Of a stretch of DNA of 64,000 nt, positions 9,689 through 19,664 are shown one piece after another (the stretch's first letter is position 1; every line of letters starts with the position of its first letter). The notes under the pieces were generated by a model. That model was not told the DNA's origin, did no database searches, and saw only the letters and a list, made by a program, of their open reading frames with translations. The stretch is from a bacterium (GTDB lineage Bacteria > UBA8248), in contig CBDBZU010000004.1 in NCBI GenBank assembly GCA_965213625.1, forward strand, positions 3,520,001-3,584,000, given 5' to 3'. A program made the position numbers and the translations under genes.

Positions 9689-12081
9689 GCACGCGAAACG
9701 AGCGTATCGATGCGGGCGGCGGCGCTGGATGCGGTTTCGGCGACCGCCGACGCCAGCGCATCGAAATCCTCCTGACCGCAAGCGTTCGCAACAAGAGATT
9801 TGACCTTCGGCCCTGCCGCCGTCGCGTCGAACCCTTCCTCGCCGACAAGGCGCATGACGCCCTGTAAATCCCGCCACATGGCCGCGGCTTGCGCCAGCGG
9901 CTCGGCGCCTGCGGCTTCGAACACCGCCGCGGCGGTCGGCGCCGGATCGTCGAAGTCGCTTCCGGCGCGCACCAACTGCAGGTAACGCGCGACCTTCTCG
10001 ACATCGTTCAGCCCGCCGCGCATCCGGGCGTATGCGGACACGCCTGTTTCGGCAGGGTCTTCCGTCCGCTCGCTCAACCGGGCGAGCAAAGACTCGTTCG
10101 CCCTGCATTCGGCCAGTACCCGGCGCCGCGCCTCATCGAAGCGACCTTCGATATCGGAACCGCCATACTCGAACACGCAACGCGCCCTGGTGAGGGCGGG
10201 CACTTCGCCTGAAGTCGAATCTCCATAATGTTCGGCCAGTTCGGAAAGCGGCAACTCAAGAATGGAATTCGAGCCGGGCGGGACCGGAGAGAACAACAGG
10301 CTGTCCTGCGCCAGGTCGGTCAGGGCATCTCGGAAACTTTGGCACACTTGTTCGTTTTTGCCGGACCGCAGACCGTCATGGACGAGCAGCATATCGATTC
10401 CAACACCGGGATAAGCTTCCCGGCTGGCCAGATCGCCCAGGAAAACGGCAGCGACTCCACCCACACTCAGCATTCCGAACCGGTCGACATAATCCGCGAC
10501 CACGGAGGCGAGCACGGTCGCAACCGATGCTTCGGCGAGATTCGACAGCGCCGTTCTCGCTTCCGCTGGCAACAGGTTTCCGCGCATCACGTGCATACCG
10601 ATCTGAAACGCCTTGTCGTTCGACCAGTTTCGCACGATTTCAGCGGTCTCCCTCGCATCGGCCACCGGCAGTTCGGCGACCAGACCCTTCAATTCCTGAA
10701 CGTCCATTTCGTAAGTCCAGTAGACTCTCGCAAGCCCGCGCCGCGCAATCGATTCGTATTCATCATCCGGCCCGAACCCCTTCGGCAGGTCGAGGTCGAG
10801 GAATTCCTGGTCTTGCAGGTTGTCCAGAAGTTCCGGGTTCCGCTCAACCCGTTTGGCAAGCCTCGGGGCGGCGCCGAAGATTTCGAGTATCGCGTCAAAG
10901 GCGTCGGGCCGCGCCGCGGCAATCGGGCTGTCGTAGGGGCCCCAGTCGTCAACCTCCGGATAGAAATGTTCGCGCCATTGGTCCACCAGCGGGTCCATCT
11001 TCTCGAACCAGCGCTTGGGCCGCAGCACGATGTTCATCATGTCGGCGTAGGTTCCCGGCAACTCCGGCGACTCATCGAGGCCGCTGACCTGCAGCAGCGG
11101 ATACTGGCGCGACGCCACCGCATGATGATCCGCATGGCGCTGCATATTGAAAAACATCCAGTTGCTGAACTTCCAGTCCGCGCTCCAGGAATGGCGCGGC
11201 ATCGCCTTTTCCCAGCGACCGTTGTCCAGACGGACCCGGCGCAGGCCGTAGTGTTGAAAGTAGTTGCTCATCTTCATCGAAAAGACGCAGGACAGACCGA
11301 GGAAGACGAAGACGGGAACGGCCCAGATCCCGCCCATCCAGTAAACCAGTCCGTACCAGAACGCGACGCCGACGACGTAGCGCCAGAACGGATTGTCGTA
11401 ATGCCACACGGGCAAACGCCGCCGCGCCAAGCGTTCTCTTGCGACTTCCCAGGAATGGACGAGGTTGCTGACAACTTCCTTGGGTAGATATCTCCAGAAA
11501 CTTTCCCCCTTCGGAGCGGACCCGACGTCATACGGCGTGCCGACCAGGGCATGGTGAATATAGACGTGCTCCGTGGCGTATTGCGGATAGGAGACGGTGG
11601 CGAGCAGGAATTCGCCCACCCGGCGTTCCCAGGTCGTGCGCCGGTGAATCATTTCGTGGCCGACTACGAATACGGCTTGCGCTTCCATCGTCAGGATGAT
11701 CGCCAGGAGCACGCCTTCCCAGATGGAGAATTGATCCGCCGCCAGGATTTGCCACATACCGAAAATGAGCGTCGGCGGCCACAGAAACGACCACGACCAG
11801 ACCGGCAGATTGTGCCAGAACAGGCGGTGCTCCGACGTATTCGCCGGGTCCATGTTTTGTCCGTCCCGACCCAGCACCTTATCAAGCGACCCCGCAACAC
11901 TCATAAAAACGAGCGGCGGCAGCAACCACCAGCCTCCATTGTACGCGCCGAGAAGAATCAGCGGAAAAACGACCAATGGCAGATAATGCGGAAGAGCGGT
12001 CAGAATGGACGGCTCGATACGCTGAACGGCTTCGGCGTCGCCTAGACCGGAGCCACCACTTGCTACGGGACTTTGTGGCAT
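9685..12081 (-). CDS. AlkB-type membrane di-iron monooxygenase/desaturase fused to a degenerate GlnE-like nucleotidyltransferase domain
   Basis: His boxes HEMIHR, EHVYIHH, NYFQHYGL and QRHADHH. The C-terminal half has GlnE-like ALSNLAEA, GDLASRE..GIDMLLVHD and GGLNDVE..YLQL. Confidence 0.8.
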   Translation of the reverse strand: MPQSPVASGGSGLGDAEAVQRIEPSILTALPHYLPLVVFPLILLGAYNGGWWLLPPLVFMSVAGSLDKVLGRDGQNMDPANTSEHRLFWHNLPVWSWSFLWPPTLIFGMWQILAADQFSIWEGVLLAIILTMEAQAVFVVGHEMIHRRTTWERRVGEFLLATVSYPQYATEHVYIHHALVGTPYDVGSAPKGESFWRYLPKEVVSNLVHSWEVARERLARRRLPVWHYDNPFWRYVVGVAFWYGLVYWMGGIWAVPVFVFLGLSCVFSMKMSNYFQHYGLRRVRLDNGRWEKAMPRHSWSADWKFSNWMFFNMQRHADHHAVASRQYPLLQVSGLDESPELPGTYADMMNIVLRPKRWFEKMDPLVDQWREHFYPEVDDWGPYDSPIAAARPDAFDAILEIFGAAPRLAKRVERNPELLDNLQDQEFLDLDLPKGFGPDDEYESIARRGLARVYWTYEMDVQELKGLVAELPVADARETAEIVRNWSNDKAFQIGMHVMRGNLLPAEARTALSNLAEASVATVLASVVADYVDRFGMLSVGGVAAVFLGDLASREAYPGVGIDMLLVHDGLRSGKNEQVCQSFRDALTDLAQDSLLFSPVPPGSNSILELPLSELAEHYGDSTSGEVPALTRARCVFEYGGSDIEGRFDEARRRVLAECRANESLLARLSERTEDPAETGVSAYARMRGGLNDVEKVARYLQLVRAGSDFDDPAPTAAAVFEAAGAEPLAQAAAMWRDLQGVMRLVGEEGFDATAAGPKVKSLVANACGQEDFDALASAVAETASSAAARIDTLVSRA

Positions 12082-12163
12082 GTCAGCTCCTTTACAGTAA
12101 ACAGATTTGAACCCTCAGGCCGGACGATATTTTATCCCCGAATACCTGAACCTGCAAGGAATT

Positions 12164-13465
12164 TCAGGTCCGCAAGATTGCGAGGAGACGTTCGAGAGCT
12201 TCGATACAAAACGCCGTGGTCACGGATTCTGAGCCATGTCCTATCCGCCCTACCGTACCCCACTTCAACGTTTGGTCGCCAAACGCGAGAAGCTCCGGCC
12301 AGCTACCGTCCTCACGCTGCGAACCCGTGAACCTCTCCACCTCGCGTTTCGCGTCGACGCCGTCGAGGCGTCCAACATGATGGAGCGCCGAGACGGCCTG
12401 AGCCGTTTGGAGGATGTTGCCGAATTCCCCTTCCTCGTCCCGCAAGCCCAGGATGCGCTCCGCTAGTATCGGGCGCAGCCGGTCGAGAGCGGGCCGTGCG
12501 CGAATCATGGCGCGGGCGGTCGCATAGCAGATCGCGACCTCGTCGGGATACCATTTCGACGATCCCTCGAGATTGCCTTCGGTTATCAAGGCTTCCAGCC
12601 ACCTTTGGGCATCCCTGGTTTCTGGACAGTCGCCGAGATAGGCAATGACGTTCGCATTGACTACAGGGTCGGCTTCGATACGAAAGCGCGATACCACATC
12701 GGGTTCGTCGTCTTCGAGAACCCAGGTCATGAAGCGGCCTTCCTCGTCGCGATTCGCCAGTATCTGCGGAACGTTCCTCCCCAGTAAAATCCAGAGGTGG
12801 CCTCCAATCACGAGTGAACACAGTGCGGTGCTGTCGAGATCCTGGGGCAGGTGGCGATAATAGCGCCACAATCCGGGATATTCGATAGTGTCGACGAGAT
12901 ACGCCCTTGTCGCAGCGCATATGGCCCTGGCGCGCGCTTCCTCGCAACATTCGAGAGCCAGGGCGCAGAAAGCCGAAATAAAGGGAGGTCTTTCGAAATG
13001 CCTCGGTATATCCGGATCGCCCAAGTTGAACCGGATACAATGCCAGGCTCCGTTCTCGTCTATCGTGGATTCCAGGAAACCAAGACCGCGGCGGATGCTT
13101 TCTCCACCCGCTTTCGCCAGCGCCCCGGTGGTCGCGGCGTTCTTCGGGGTTCTCTCCCCTTGAAGTTTTGGCGGACGAAGGGGCGGCGCGGGGTCGTGCA
13201 TCGTTTTGCGAAGAAACTCGAGCGATTCCGCGCCGGTTTTCGCCTCCTCCCGTTCGGCCTCGGTGAATTTGCTGCGCGGCGGAAGGACGAGGTGCGTCGT
13301 GGTATAGGTTTCTTCGTGTACGTGAATCTCATGGTCTTCGGCCATCGACACGCCAAATTCCGCTTCGATGGTCTCTTTGGGCTTGGCGAGAAGACGTTCC
13401 CGGAATTCGTAGTCGCCGCCAGCTCGCGATATGAGGGAATCAACCAGGCCAAAAGGCTTCTTCAT
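12164..13465 (-). CDS. NHLP-leader-like domain fused to a prenyltransferase/class II terpene cyclase-like alpha-barrel
   Basis: The first ~80 aa align by eye with the precursor leader. QW-like repeats GLGFLESTIDENGAW and GSQREDGSW, plus PQDLDSTA resembling DxDDTA. Confidence 0.8.
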   Translation of the reverse strand: MKKPFGLVDSLISRAGGDYEFRERLLAKPKETIEAEFGVSMAEDHEIHVHEETYTTTHLVLPPRSKFTEAEREEAKTGAESLEFLRKTMHDPAPPLRPPKLQGERTPKNAATTGALAKAGGESIRRGLGFLESTIDENGAWHCIRFNLGDPDIPRHFERPPFISAFCALALECCEEARARAICAATRAYLVDTIEYPGLWRYYRHLPQDLDSTALCSLVIGGHLWILLGRNVPQILANRDEEGRFMTWVLEDDEPDVVSRFRIEADPVVNANVIAYLGDCPETRDAQRWLEALITEGNLEGSSKWYPDEVAICYATARAMIRARPALDRLRPILAERILGLRDEEGEFGNILQTAQAVSALHHVGRLDGVDAKREVERFTGSQREDGSWPELLAFGDQTLKWGTVGRIGHGSESVTTAFCIEALERLLAILRT

Positions 13466-13540
13466 CGATATCTACTCCATATTCGCGGGCCTTGGCCGAA
13501 CATGCATTTTTTCCGCCGAGTTATCGTCTCCATATTCGGA

Positions 13541-16483
13541 TCAAGCGATTTGCCTTTTTATCAATTCCTTGAATACCCCGTCCACCTCCTTGAGTTCGCT
13601 GAAGGAACCGCTTTGTACGACTTTCCCGGCTTGCAGCACGTAGATGCGGTCGGCCTGTTCCAGCGTGGACAGGCGGTGGGCAATGACGAGGCGGGTGGAA
13701 GTCAGGGCGGCAAGGTTTTGCATTATCTTGGCCTGGCTTTCGTTATCCAGCCAGTTCGTCGCCTCGTCCAGCAACATGATTCGCGGGCTGCCGATCACCG
13801 AGCGGGCGATGGTGATGCGCTGGCTCTCGCCGCCCGACAGGACAGACCCGCTGGTGCCCACCATGGTCATCATGCCCATGGGCATGTCCTTGATTTGGGC
13901 TTCAACTTCGGCGGTACGGACCGCCGACCATACTTCATCGATCGTCACCGCATCATGGTGACTGACCAGATTGTCCCAGAGATCCTGTGGATGGAGCCCG
14001 ACGGATTGCGGCACAGCGCCAATTTTCTTGCGCACCTGTTTCAGATTCAGGTGCTTCAGGTCGCGGCCGTCGTAATACACCGCGCCGGCGGCCGGCAAGT
14101 CGATACCGAGCGCGAGGCGGAACAGGGTGCTCTTCCCTGCGCCGGACTCACCGGCAATCGCGACGAATTCGCCGGGACGGGCGTGAATCGAGACGTCGTC
14201 GAGAATCAACGGACCGTCGGGATCGTAGCGGAATGAAATGCGGTCGAACAGTATTTCACCGCCCAGGTATTCAACCGGCTCTCCTTCCGTCACGGTTTCA
14301 GGGACTGCGGAGAGCAGCGGACGCATCTGCTGGAACGCCGGACGCATGGCGGCAATTGCGCCGAAGGACTCGCCGAGCCGGGCGATGGCGGACTGGAAAA
14401 CGATAAAGACCGTGTAAACGACGAGAAAATCGCCGACCGGAATGTTTCGGTCTTCGACCGCCACCACCGAAAAAAGCAGCACCCCGCCGGCAAGAAAAGG
14501 GAGCGCGGCGCCGAATGCGCGCGAATGTCCCTCGAGCGCGCCCAGTTCTATCTCCGCGCGCTTCTGCTCACGATAGCCCCTCGCCCAGATGGCGTAAGCC
14601 GACCCTTCCGCATTATCCATTCGCAGCTTGGAGATGCCCCCCACGATCTGGAACAGTCGGCCGGCTACGCGACGCGCTGCGCTGAGCATCCGCCCATAAG
14701 GTGAAATCTGGCGCCACCCGAGGACTACGGTGACCAGCAGGGAAGCCAGGCTGAAGACGAGGGTGATGACGCCGAGGATGGCGTCGTACAAAAAAATGAC
14801 GCCAAAAACCGGAATCAGAAATATAATCGACAGAAAGCTGTTGGCGACGACTCCCTGCAAGCCATCGCGAAGATTCTGGAATGTCATTCCCGACATGGCC
14901 AGGTCGCCGGATGGATGGCGGTGCAGAATGCTTGGCGGAAGGCGCATGAGACGGTCCCAGAAGGCGGCTTCGAGCCGAGATGCCGAGCGCCCCTCGAGCC
15001 GCATCATCGCCGTGCTTTGAAGCAGGTGCAGCAGCGCGCCGAGAAGGCCGAACGCCGCTAACGCCACGGCAACGGTATAGAGCGTTCCTATGCTTCCGCC
15101 CGCCAATATCTGATTCGCAACGAACCCGAGCGCGAGCGCCGGCAGCAGATTGAGCAGACCGTATGGAAGCCCGGAAATCACCAGCCGCGCCAAATCCGAA
15201 GCCGACCCGTTCAGCGCGATTCCCAGCAGGTCCGCCGGTTTCACGTCCCTCGAGGGCAATGGCCGATAGAACATCCACGCCTTCTCCCCCAGCGCATCCG
15301 CGCGGTCCGCCGTTACCCGGACACTGCGTTTGCTGACCGGGTCGATTTCACGGTATCGCCCGAACATTCCCGGCAGCAGCGCCACGGGCCGGCCGTCCTC
15401 GGCGCGAAACGCCAACATCGCGTTGCTGTCGCCGCGCCACCAGCCGCCCTCGGCATTGAATCGCACACGCCGGGCGCGTACGCCCGACGCATCGAGAACC
15501 TCGACGAGGCCGACCGGAGAACCGGAAAGCCCCGAGCGCGCCGGTATCTTGAAATCGATTCCTTCATGGCGGCCGATGTGTTGCAAGGCATCCGCCAGCG
15601 CCGTGTCCTCGATACCGGCATCCCGGTCAATCGGAAGGTCATAGATATTGAAGAGCCGCTGCCGCGCGGCTTTTTCGGCCGTGCGGCGGCTGGTTGTCCG
15701 CGCGCGTTCGAGATTGACGTCATCGACCACGACCAGTCGGCGGTTCAGGCGTTCCAGGGAGAAAGCAACCGCGTGAAACGAGGCGAGCGCCGGCAGCAGC
15801 ATACCTTCCTCCGCCAGTGTCTCGGTAGATTTGCCCGTCAGCGTCGCCTCGTCGAACAAGGTGAGCCAGCTTGTGCGCGTCAGCGGAACGAGAGCCTCGT
15901 GTGAGCCGCTCGCCTCCGCAATTTCCGCCGAGTCGATAATACCCATGAACAGGCTCGCGCCGAGCGGCGGTTCGGATACCCATACAACACCGCGCCGTAC
16001 GGATAGCGTACATGGAGCCGGGGTCTGCGTCAGACCGGGTTCGGCCAGCGCGGTCGGACGCGGAAGGGGGCTTGCAAAACGCGAGAGTGTTTCCGTAATG
16101 GCGATCAGCCAGGTATCGGCCTGTTCCGCCAATTCCGATGGGTGAACCTGGGACAGCAAAGAAGCCGGCAGACGTCTCAATTTGGTGCCCGGCAGTCCTT
16201 TGGCGATAATACGGAGCGTATTGTCCTCGCCATTGTCCCGTTGGTCCGGCGCCACGCCCGGCAGCAACCAGCCCGATTCCCGGCGCAGCAGATGCTGCGG
16301 CGCCGCCTGCTCCACCCCGTCTTTGAATTCGACCAGGAACAGATTAACGGCGCCCTGTTCGATGAACCAGACGCTGTCCGGGTCGTCGAGCTTGGCCGGC
16401 AGGTTGCCGGCGCAGGGAACGGACGCGCCGAAGCGAGCGGCGAGTTCGGCGATTGACGTGTATTCCGGCTTTGAATGCTGCAT
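13541..16483 (-). CDS. NHLM bacteriocin-system ABC transporter (permease/ATP-binding)
   Basis: cNMP-like N-terminus, transmembrane domain, GESGAGKST, LSGGESQR and LLDEAT. Confidence 0.9.
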   Translation of the reverse strand: MQHSKPEYTSIAELAARFGASVPCAGNLPAKLDDPDSVWFIEQGAVNLFLVEFKDGVEQAAPQHLLRRESGWLLPGVAPDQRDNGEDNTLRIIAKGLPGTKLRRLPASLLSQVHPSELAEQADTWLIAITETLSRFASPLPRPTALAEPGLTQTPAPCTLSVRRGVVWVSEPPLGASLFMGIIDSAEIAEASGSHEALVPLTRTSWLTLFDEATLTGKSTETLAEEGMLLPALASFHAVAFSLERLNRRLVVVDDVNLERARTTSRRTAEKAARQRLFNIYDLPIDRDAGIEDTALADALQHIGRHEGIDFKIPARSGLSGSPVGLVEVLDASGVRARRVRFNAEGGWWRGDSNAMLAFRAEDGRPVALLPGMFGRYREIDPVSKRSVRVTADRADALGEKAWMFYRPLPSRDVKPADLLGIALNGSASDLARLVISGLPYGLLNLLPALALGFVANQILAGGSIGTLYTVAVALAAFGLLGALLHLLQSTAMMRLEGRSASRLEAAFWDRLMRLPPSILHRHPSGDLAMSGMTFQNLRDGLQGVVANSFLSIIFLIPVFGVIFLYDAILGVITLVFSLASLLVTVVLGWRQISPYGRMLSAARRVAGRLFQIVGGISKLRMDNAEGSAYAIWARGYREQKRAEIELGALEGHSRAFGAALPFLAGGVLLFSVVAVEDRNIPVGDFLVVYTVFIVFQSAIARLGESFGAIAAMRPAFQQMRPLLSAVPETVTEGEPVEYLGGEILFDRISFRYDPDGPLILDDVSIHARPGEFVAIAGESGAGKSTLFRLALGIDLPAAGAVYYDGRDLKHLNLKQVRKKIGAVPQSVGLHPQDLWDNLVSHHDAVTIDEVWSAVRTAEVEAQIKDMPMGMMTMVGTSGSVLSGGESQRITIARSVIGSPRIMLLDEATNWLDNESQAKIMQNLAALTSTRLVIAHRLSTLEQADRIYVLQAGKVVQSGSFSELKEVDGVFKELIKRQIA

Positions 16484-18693
16484 CAGCCCGACATGACTTG
16501 CTTGTAATAGGCGCCATCCCGATCCGCGAACAACTCGTCGTGCGTGCCGCGTTGCACCGTGACGCCCTTGTCGAGCACGATGATTTCATCGCAATCCCGC
16601 ACGGTGCTCAGCCGGTGCGCCACGATCAGGCAGGTGACGCCGCGACGCCGCAGGGCGTCATCGACATCTTCTTCCGTTGCCGCATCGAGTGCGCTGGTGG
16701 CCTCGTCCAGAATGAGCACCGTCGGATTGCCCACCAACGCACGGGCGATTTCCAGACGTTGCCGCTGGCCGCCGCTGAAATTCGCCCCGCCTTCTTCGAC
16801 GAGGGTCGAATATCCCTGTGCTCTATGCAGGATTTCGTCATGGATCCGGGCATCTCGCGTTGCGGCGAAGAGGACCTCATCCGGAACGGCCGGGTTCCAC
16901 AGCGTGATATTGTCGCGCAGGGACGCAGAGAAGAGCACGACCTCCTGATCCACCATGGATATGGACTGCCGCAGCACTTCCTCCGGAATCTGATTCCGCA
17001 GGTGTCCATCGAAAAGGATTTCGCCCGACCAGGGCTGGTAGACGCCCGAAACCAGGCGCGCCAGGGTCGACTTGCCGGAACCGCTTGGACCGACCACGGC
17101 GACGCGCTGCCCCGGATTGATCACGAGGTTGAAGTCCCTTATCAAAGGAGGCCTGCTTTTGTTGAAACCGAATGTGACGTCTCGCAGTTCGAGCTGGCCT
17201 GCAAGCTGGAGCCGGCCGTTGAACGTGGGGATTGACTCCGATTCCGGGTTCCTGCGGCTGAAGACGGGATCCTCATCGGTGCTGGAGATGTCCTCGAATC
17301 GCTGCATATCGGTTTCGAGCGCCTGACGGGTTTCGGCGAATTCCAAAAAACGCCGGATGGGAGCCAGAAACATCTCCGCCAGGATATAGAACCCGACCAG
17401 CGTCCCCAGCGTCATGTCTCCGGTCATGACGAAACCGCCCCCGATGCCGAGAATCGCCGCGCTTCGGAGCGCGTCGATCAGACCCGGAAGCGAGGTATTG
17501 ACGGAGCCCAGTTCGGAGTAGAGTTGGCGCGCACGCAGTTCACGCGCCTGTTGACCGCTCCAGCGCGAAAAAAACCGGTCATCCGCACCCGTCATACGCA
17601 GATTGTCCGCATGACTCAACATCTGCATGCCGAGGCCAATCAGCAATCCCTGTTCACGCCTCATCGCCTGACTGCGCACCGCCCGTAGGGCGTTGAGAAA
17701 GTGGGCCAGCACTCCGTGCAGCAGGGCCAGAAAAAGCACGATCAGCGTGAGCAGGATATCGTAGGCGAACATCGCTACGAGCAACACCGCGCTCATCGCC
17801 ATATCGATAATGAGCACAAGAAACTGATCCGCCAGATTCCTGGCGATTCTGTCGGTGGACGAGACCCTATCGGTCAGATCCCCCGCCAGCCTGTGCTCAA
17901 AAAACTCCACCGGCAACCGCAGCAGCCGTGACATGCCGCGACTGTAGCCGACCACCGATACCCGGACTGCGAGCCGCTTGAGGAAGCGGTGCTTGAGCAA
18001 GGACAGGACGTATACCAGGACGCCGCCGCCAAGCAAGGCAATCACCAACCCGCCCCAGGACCCGTGTTTTTCCAGAACATCGTCGACGAAAACACCGAGA
18101 GATACGGGAATTATCAGCGTCAACAACGTTAACATGAGTCCGCAGGCGATCACCCCGGTAAGCAAACTCCATGATCCGGGGAGCAAGGCGCCCAATTGCC
18201 TGAACAAGTCGGGCCGCTCGCCCCCGGGACTGAAATCGGCGCCGCGCTTGAAGCGAAGCGCAATTCCGCTGTAGTCCTTGTTGAACTCTTCGGCGGAAAT
18301 CCTGCGCCGGCCCGTGGATGGGTCGTTGAGATAGAAATAACGGCCATCGAAACCTTCGAGGACGACGAAATGGCTGAATTGCCAGAACAAAATCAAAGGC
18401 AACTCCAGCATTTTCAGTTGATCGGCGAGTAAGCTGAACCCGCTGCATTCGAGACCATAGTGTCTCGAGGCGCGCAAGATGCTTGCGGCGCTGCTGCCGT
18501 CCCGGCTCACCTCGCATTTTTCGCGCAATTCGGTAAGCGACACCCACCGCCCGAAATAGGCCAGTATGATGCCGAGACAGGCGGCGCCACATTCCGACGC
18601 ATGCATCTGCAACAGAATCGGCGTGGTCACCTTCCGTTTCGATACGTCCGAAGAGGCCTTGTCCCCGGCGTCTTTGGAAGCGGCCGTCGGCAT
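16483..18693 (-). CDS. NHLM C39 peptidase-containing ABC transporter (leader cleavage and export)
   Basis: C39 catalytic residues in QMHASECGAACL, FSHFVV and YLNDP; Walker A GPSGSGKST; signature FSGGQRQR. Confidence 0.92.
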   Translation of the reverse strand: MPTAASKDAGDKASSDVSKRKVTTPILLQMHASECGAACLGIILAYFGRWVSLTELREKCEVSRDGSSAASILRASRHYGLECSGFSLLADQLKMLELPLILFWQFSHFVVLEGFDGRYFYLNDPSTGRRRISAEEFNKDYSGIALRFKRGADFSPGGERPDLFRQLGALLPGSWSLLTGVIACGLMLTLLTLIIPVSLGVFVDDVLEKHGSWGGLVIALLGGGVLVYVLSLLKHRFLKRLAVRVSVVGYSRGMSRLLRLPVEFFEHRLAGDLTDRVSSTDRIARNLADQFLVLIIDMAMSAVLLVAMFAYDILLTLIVLFLALLHGVLAHFLNALRAVRSQAMRREQGLLIGLGMQMLSHADNLRMTGADDRFFSRWSGQQARELRARQLYSELGSVNTSLPGLIDALRSAAILGIGGGFVMTGDMTLGTLVGFYILAEMFLAPIRRFLEFAETRQALETDMQRFEDISSTDEDPVFSRRNPESESIPTFNGRLQLAGQLELRDVTFGFNKSRPPLIRDFNLVINPGQRVAVVGPSGSGKSTLARLVSGVYQPWSGEILFDGHLRNQIPEEVLRQSISMVDQEVVLFSASLRDNITLWNPAVPDEVLFAATRDARIHDEILHRAQGYSTLVEEGGANFSGGQRQRLEIARALVGNPTVLILDEATSALDAATEEDVDDALRRRGVTCLIVAHRLSTVRDCDEIIVLDKGVTVQRGTHDELFADRDGAYYKQVMSG

Positions 18694-18694
18694 C

Positions 18695-19246
18695 TTATGA
18701 TCGCCTCATTCGAAACAGCGCGATCGGAGATTGCCTGCCAAGCTCGAAGACAATCCGGCATTTCCCGCCCGCCAGGGAATTCAAATCCATACCTTCTTCG
18801 AGCGCGATATCGATGCGGCGCACGGACATCGGCGCCTTGGACTCAAGCGCCGCCAGCCCCCCGGAGAAGGGCACGGCGGAAATCGCCCTGACCTTTCCGA
18901 CAAGCGCGCCTGTTTTTCCATCGGCCGCATGCGGCTCGATCACCACCGGCATCCCGGCCTCGATATGTGAAGCGATATCGCTCTCGACCCAGACGAGGGC
19001 CCGTACGGACCGGCCGCCCCCGATCGGGTTTTCGCCTTGCTCGACCACTACGCCGTCCACCGCGAAACTACGAGCGACGCTGCCGAAGAAAAGCCATACC
19101 GAGAGGATGCACACCAAGAGAGCGATTGCGGCGACAATCAGACGCTCCCGAGGCGTTGAAATCGTCAGCAACCGGTCAAGTTGCTCGCGTTCTTCCTTTG
19201 CTTCGGCGACAATATTATGAAAAGAATCGAATGGATTATTGAACAC
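18695..19246 (-). CDS. Short NHLM secretion (HlyD-like) accessory protein
   Basis: EQLDRLLTISTPR, one transmembrane helix, GKVRAIS and C-terminal SPIALF. At 183 aa it seems to lack the usual coiled-coil hairpin. Confidence 0.7.
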   Translation of the reverse strand: MFNNPFDSFHNIVAEAKEEREQLDRLLTISTPRERLIVAAIALLVCILSVWLFFGSVARSFAVDGVVVEQGENPIGGGRSVRALVWVESDIASHIEAGMPVVIEPHAADGKTGALVGKVRAISAVPFSGGLAALESKAPMSVRRIDIALEEGMDLNSLAGGKCRIVFELGRQSPIALFRMRRS

Positions 19247-19664
19247 GACGGCAGGGCAACCCTCTCTTTGTAATCAAGCAAGGTAAAAAAACATCATACC
19301 ATCCGGTAAAAAGAAATGTAATTCTACACAATACGGCTCAAGAATCGTCGGCGTTTGGGAAGCAGTGGATTTCCGATGGGCGGAACAGGCCGTTCGTTTA
19401 CTCGTTTTCGGAATCAGTTACTCCGGGGAGCCGGCCACGAACCGCCCGCGCCTCTCGCGCCGCAACATTTCTCGAGGTCGCCCTCACGGCGACTGACATA
19501 CAAAATCACAGGGCGGGGACATTTTCAAATGCCTTCAATAGACGCCCTGCGCAGCAGGCAGACGATTTTCTCCGGTTTGCAGACCTTCCCCGTTATCATC
19601 GGTCCAGCATTTGCAAACCGGGGGGAATCGATCCTACGGCGCGGAATCAACCTTCGTTGAAATT

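Noticed and set aside
9689-10108. 140-aa N-terminal extension of the YcaO ORF (924 aa in the track)
   Set aside because: It is an Arg-rich off-frame overlap with the upstream gene; ATG 9688 gives a normal coupled start.
19250-19660. Hidden second precursor or IS remnant between the halogenase and secretion genes
   Set aside because: No leader-like ORF was found, and the resemblance to an IS3 orfA start (KPEKIVCLLR) is too weak to call.
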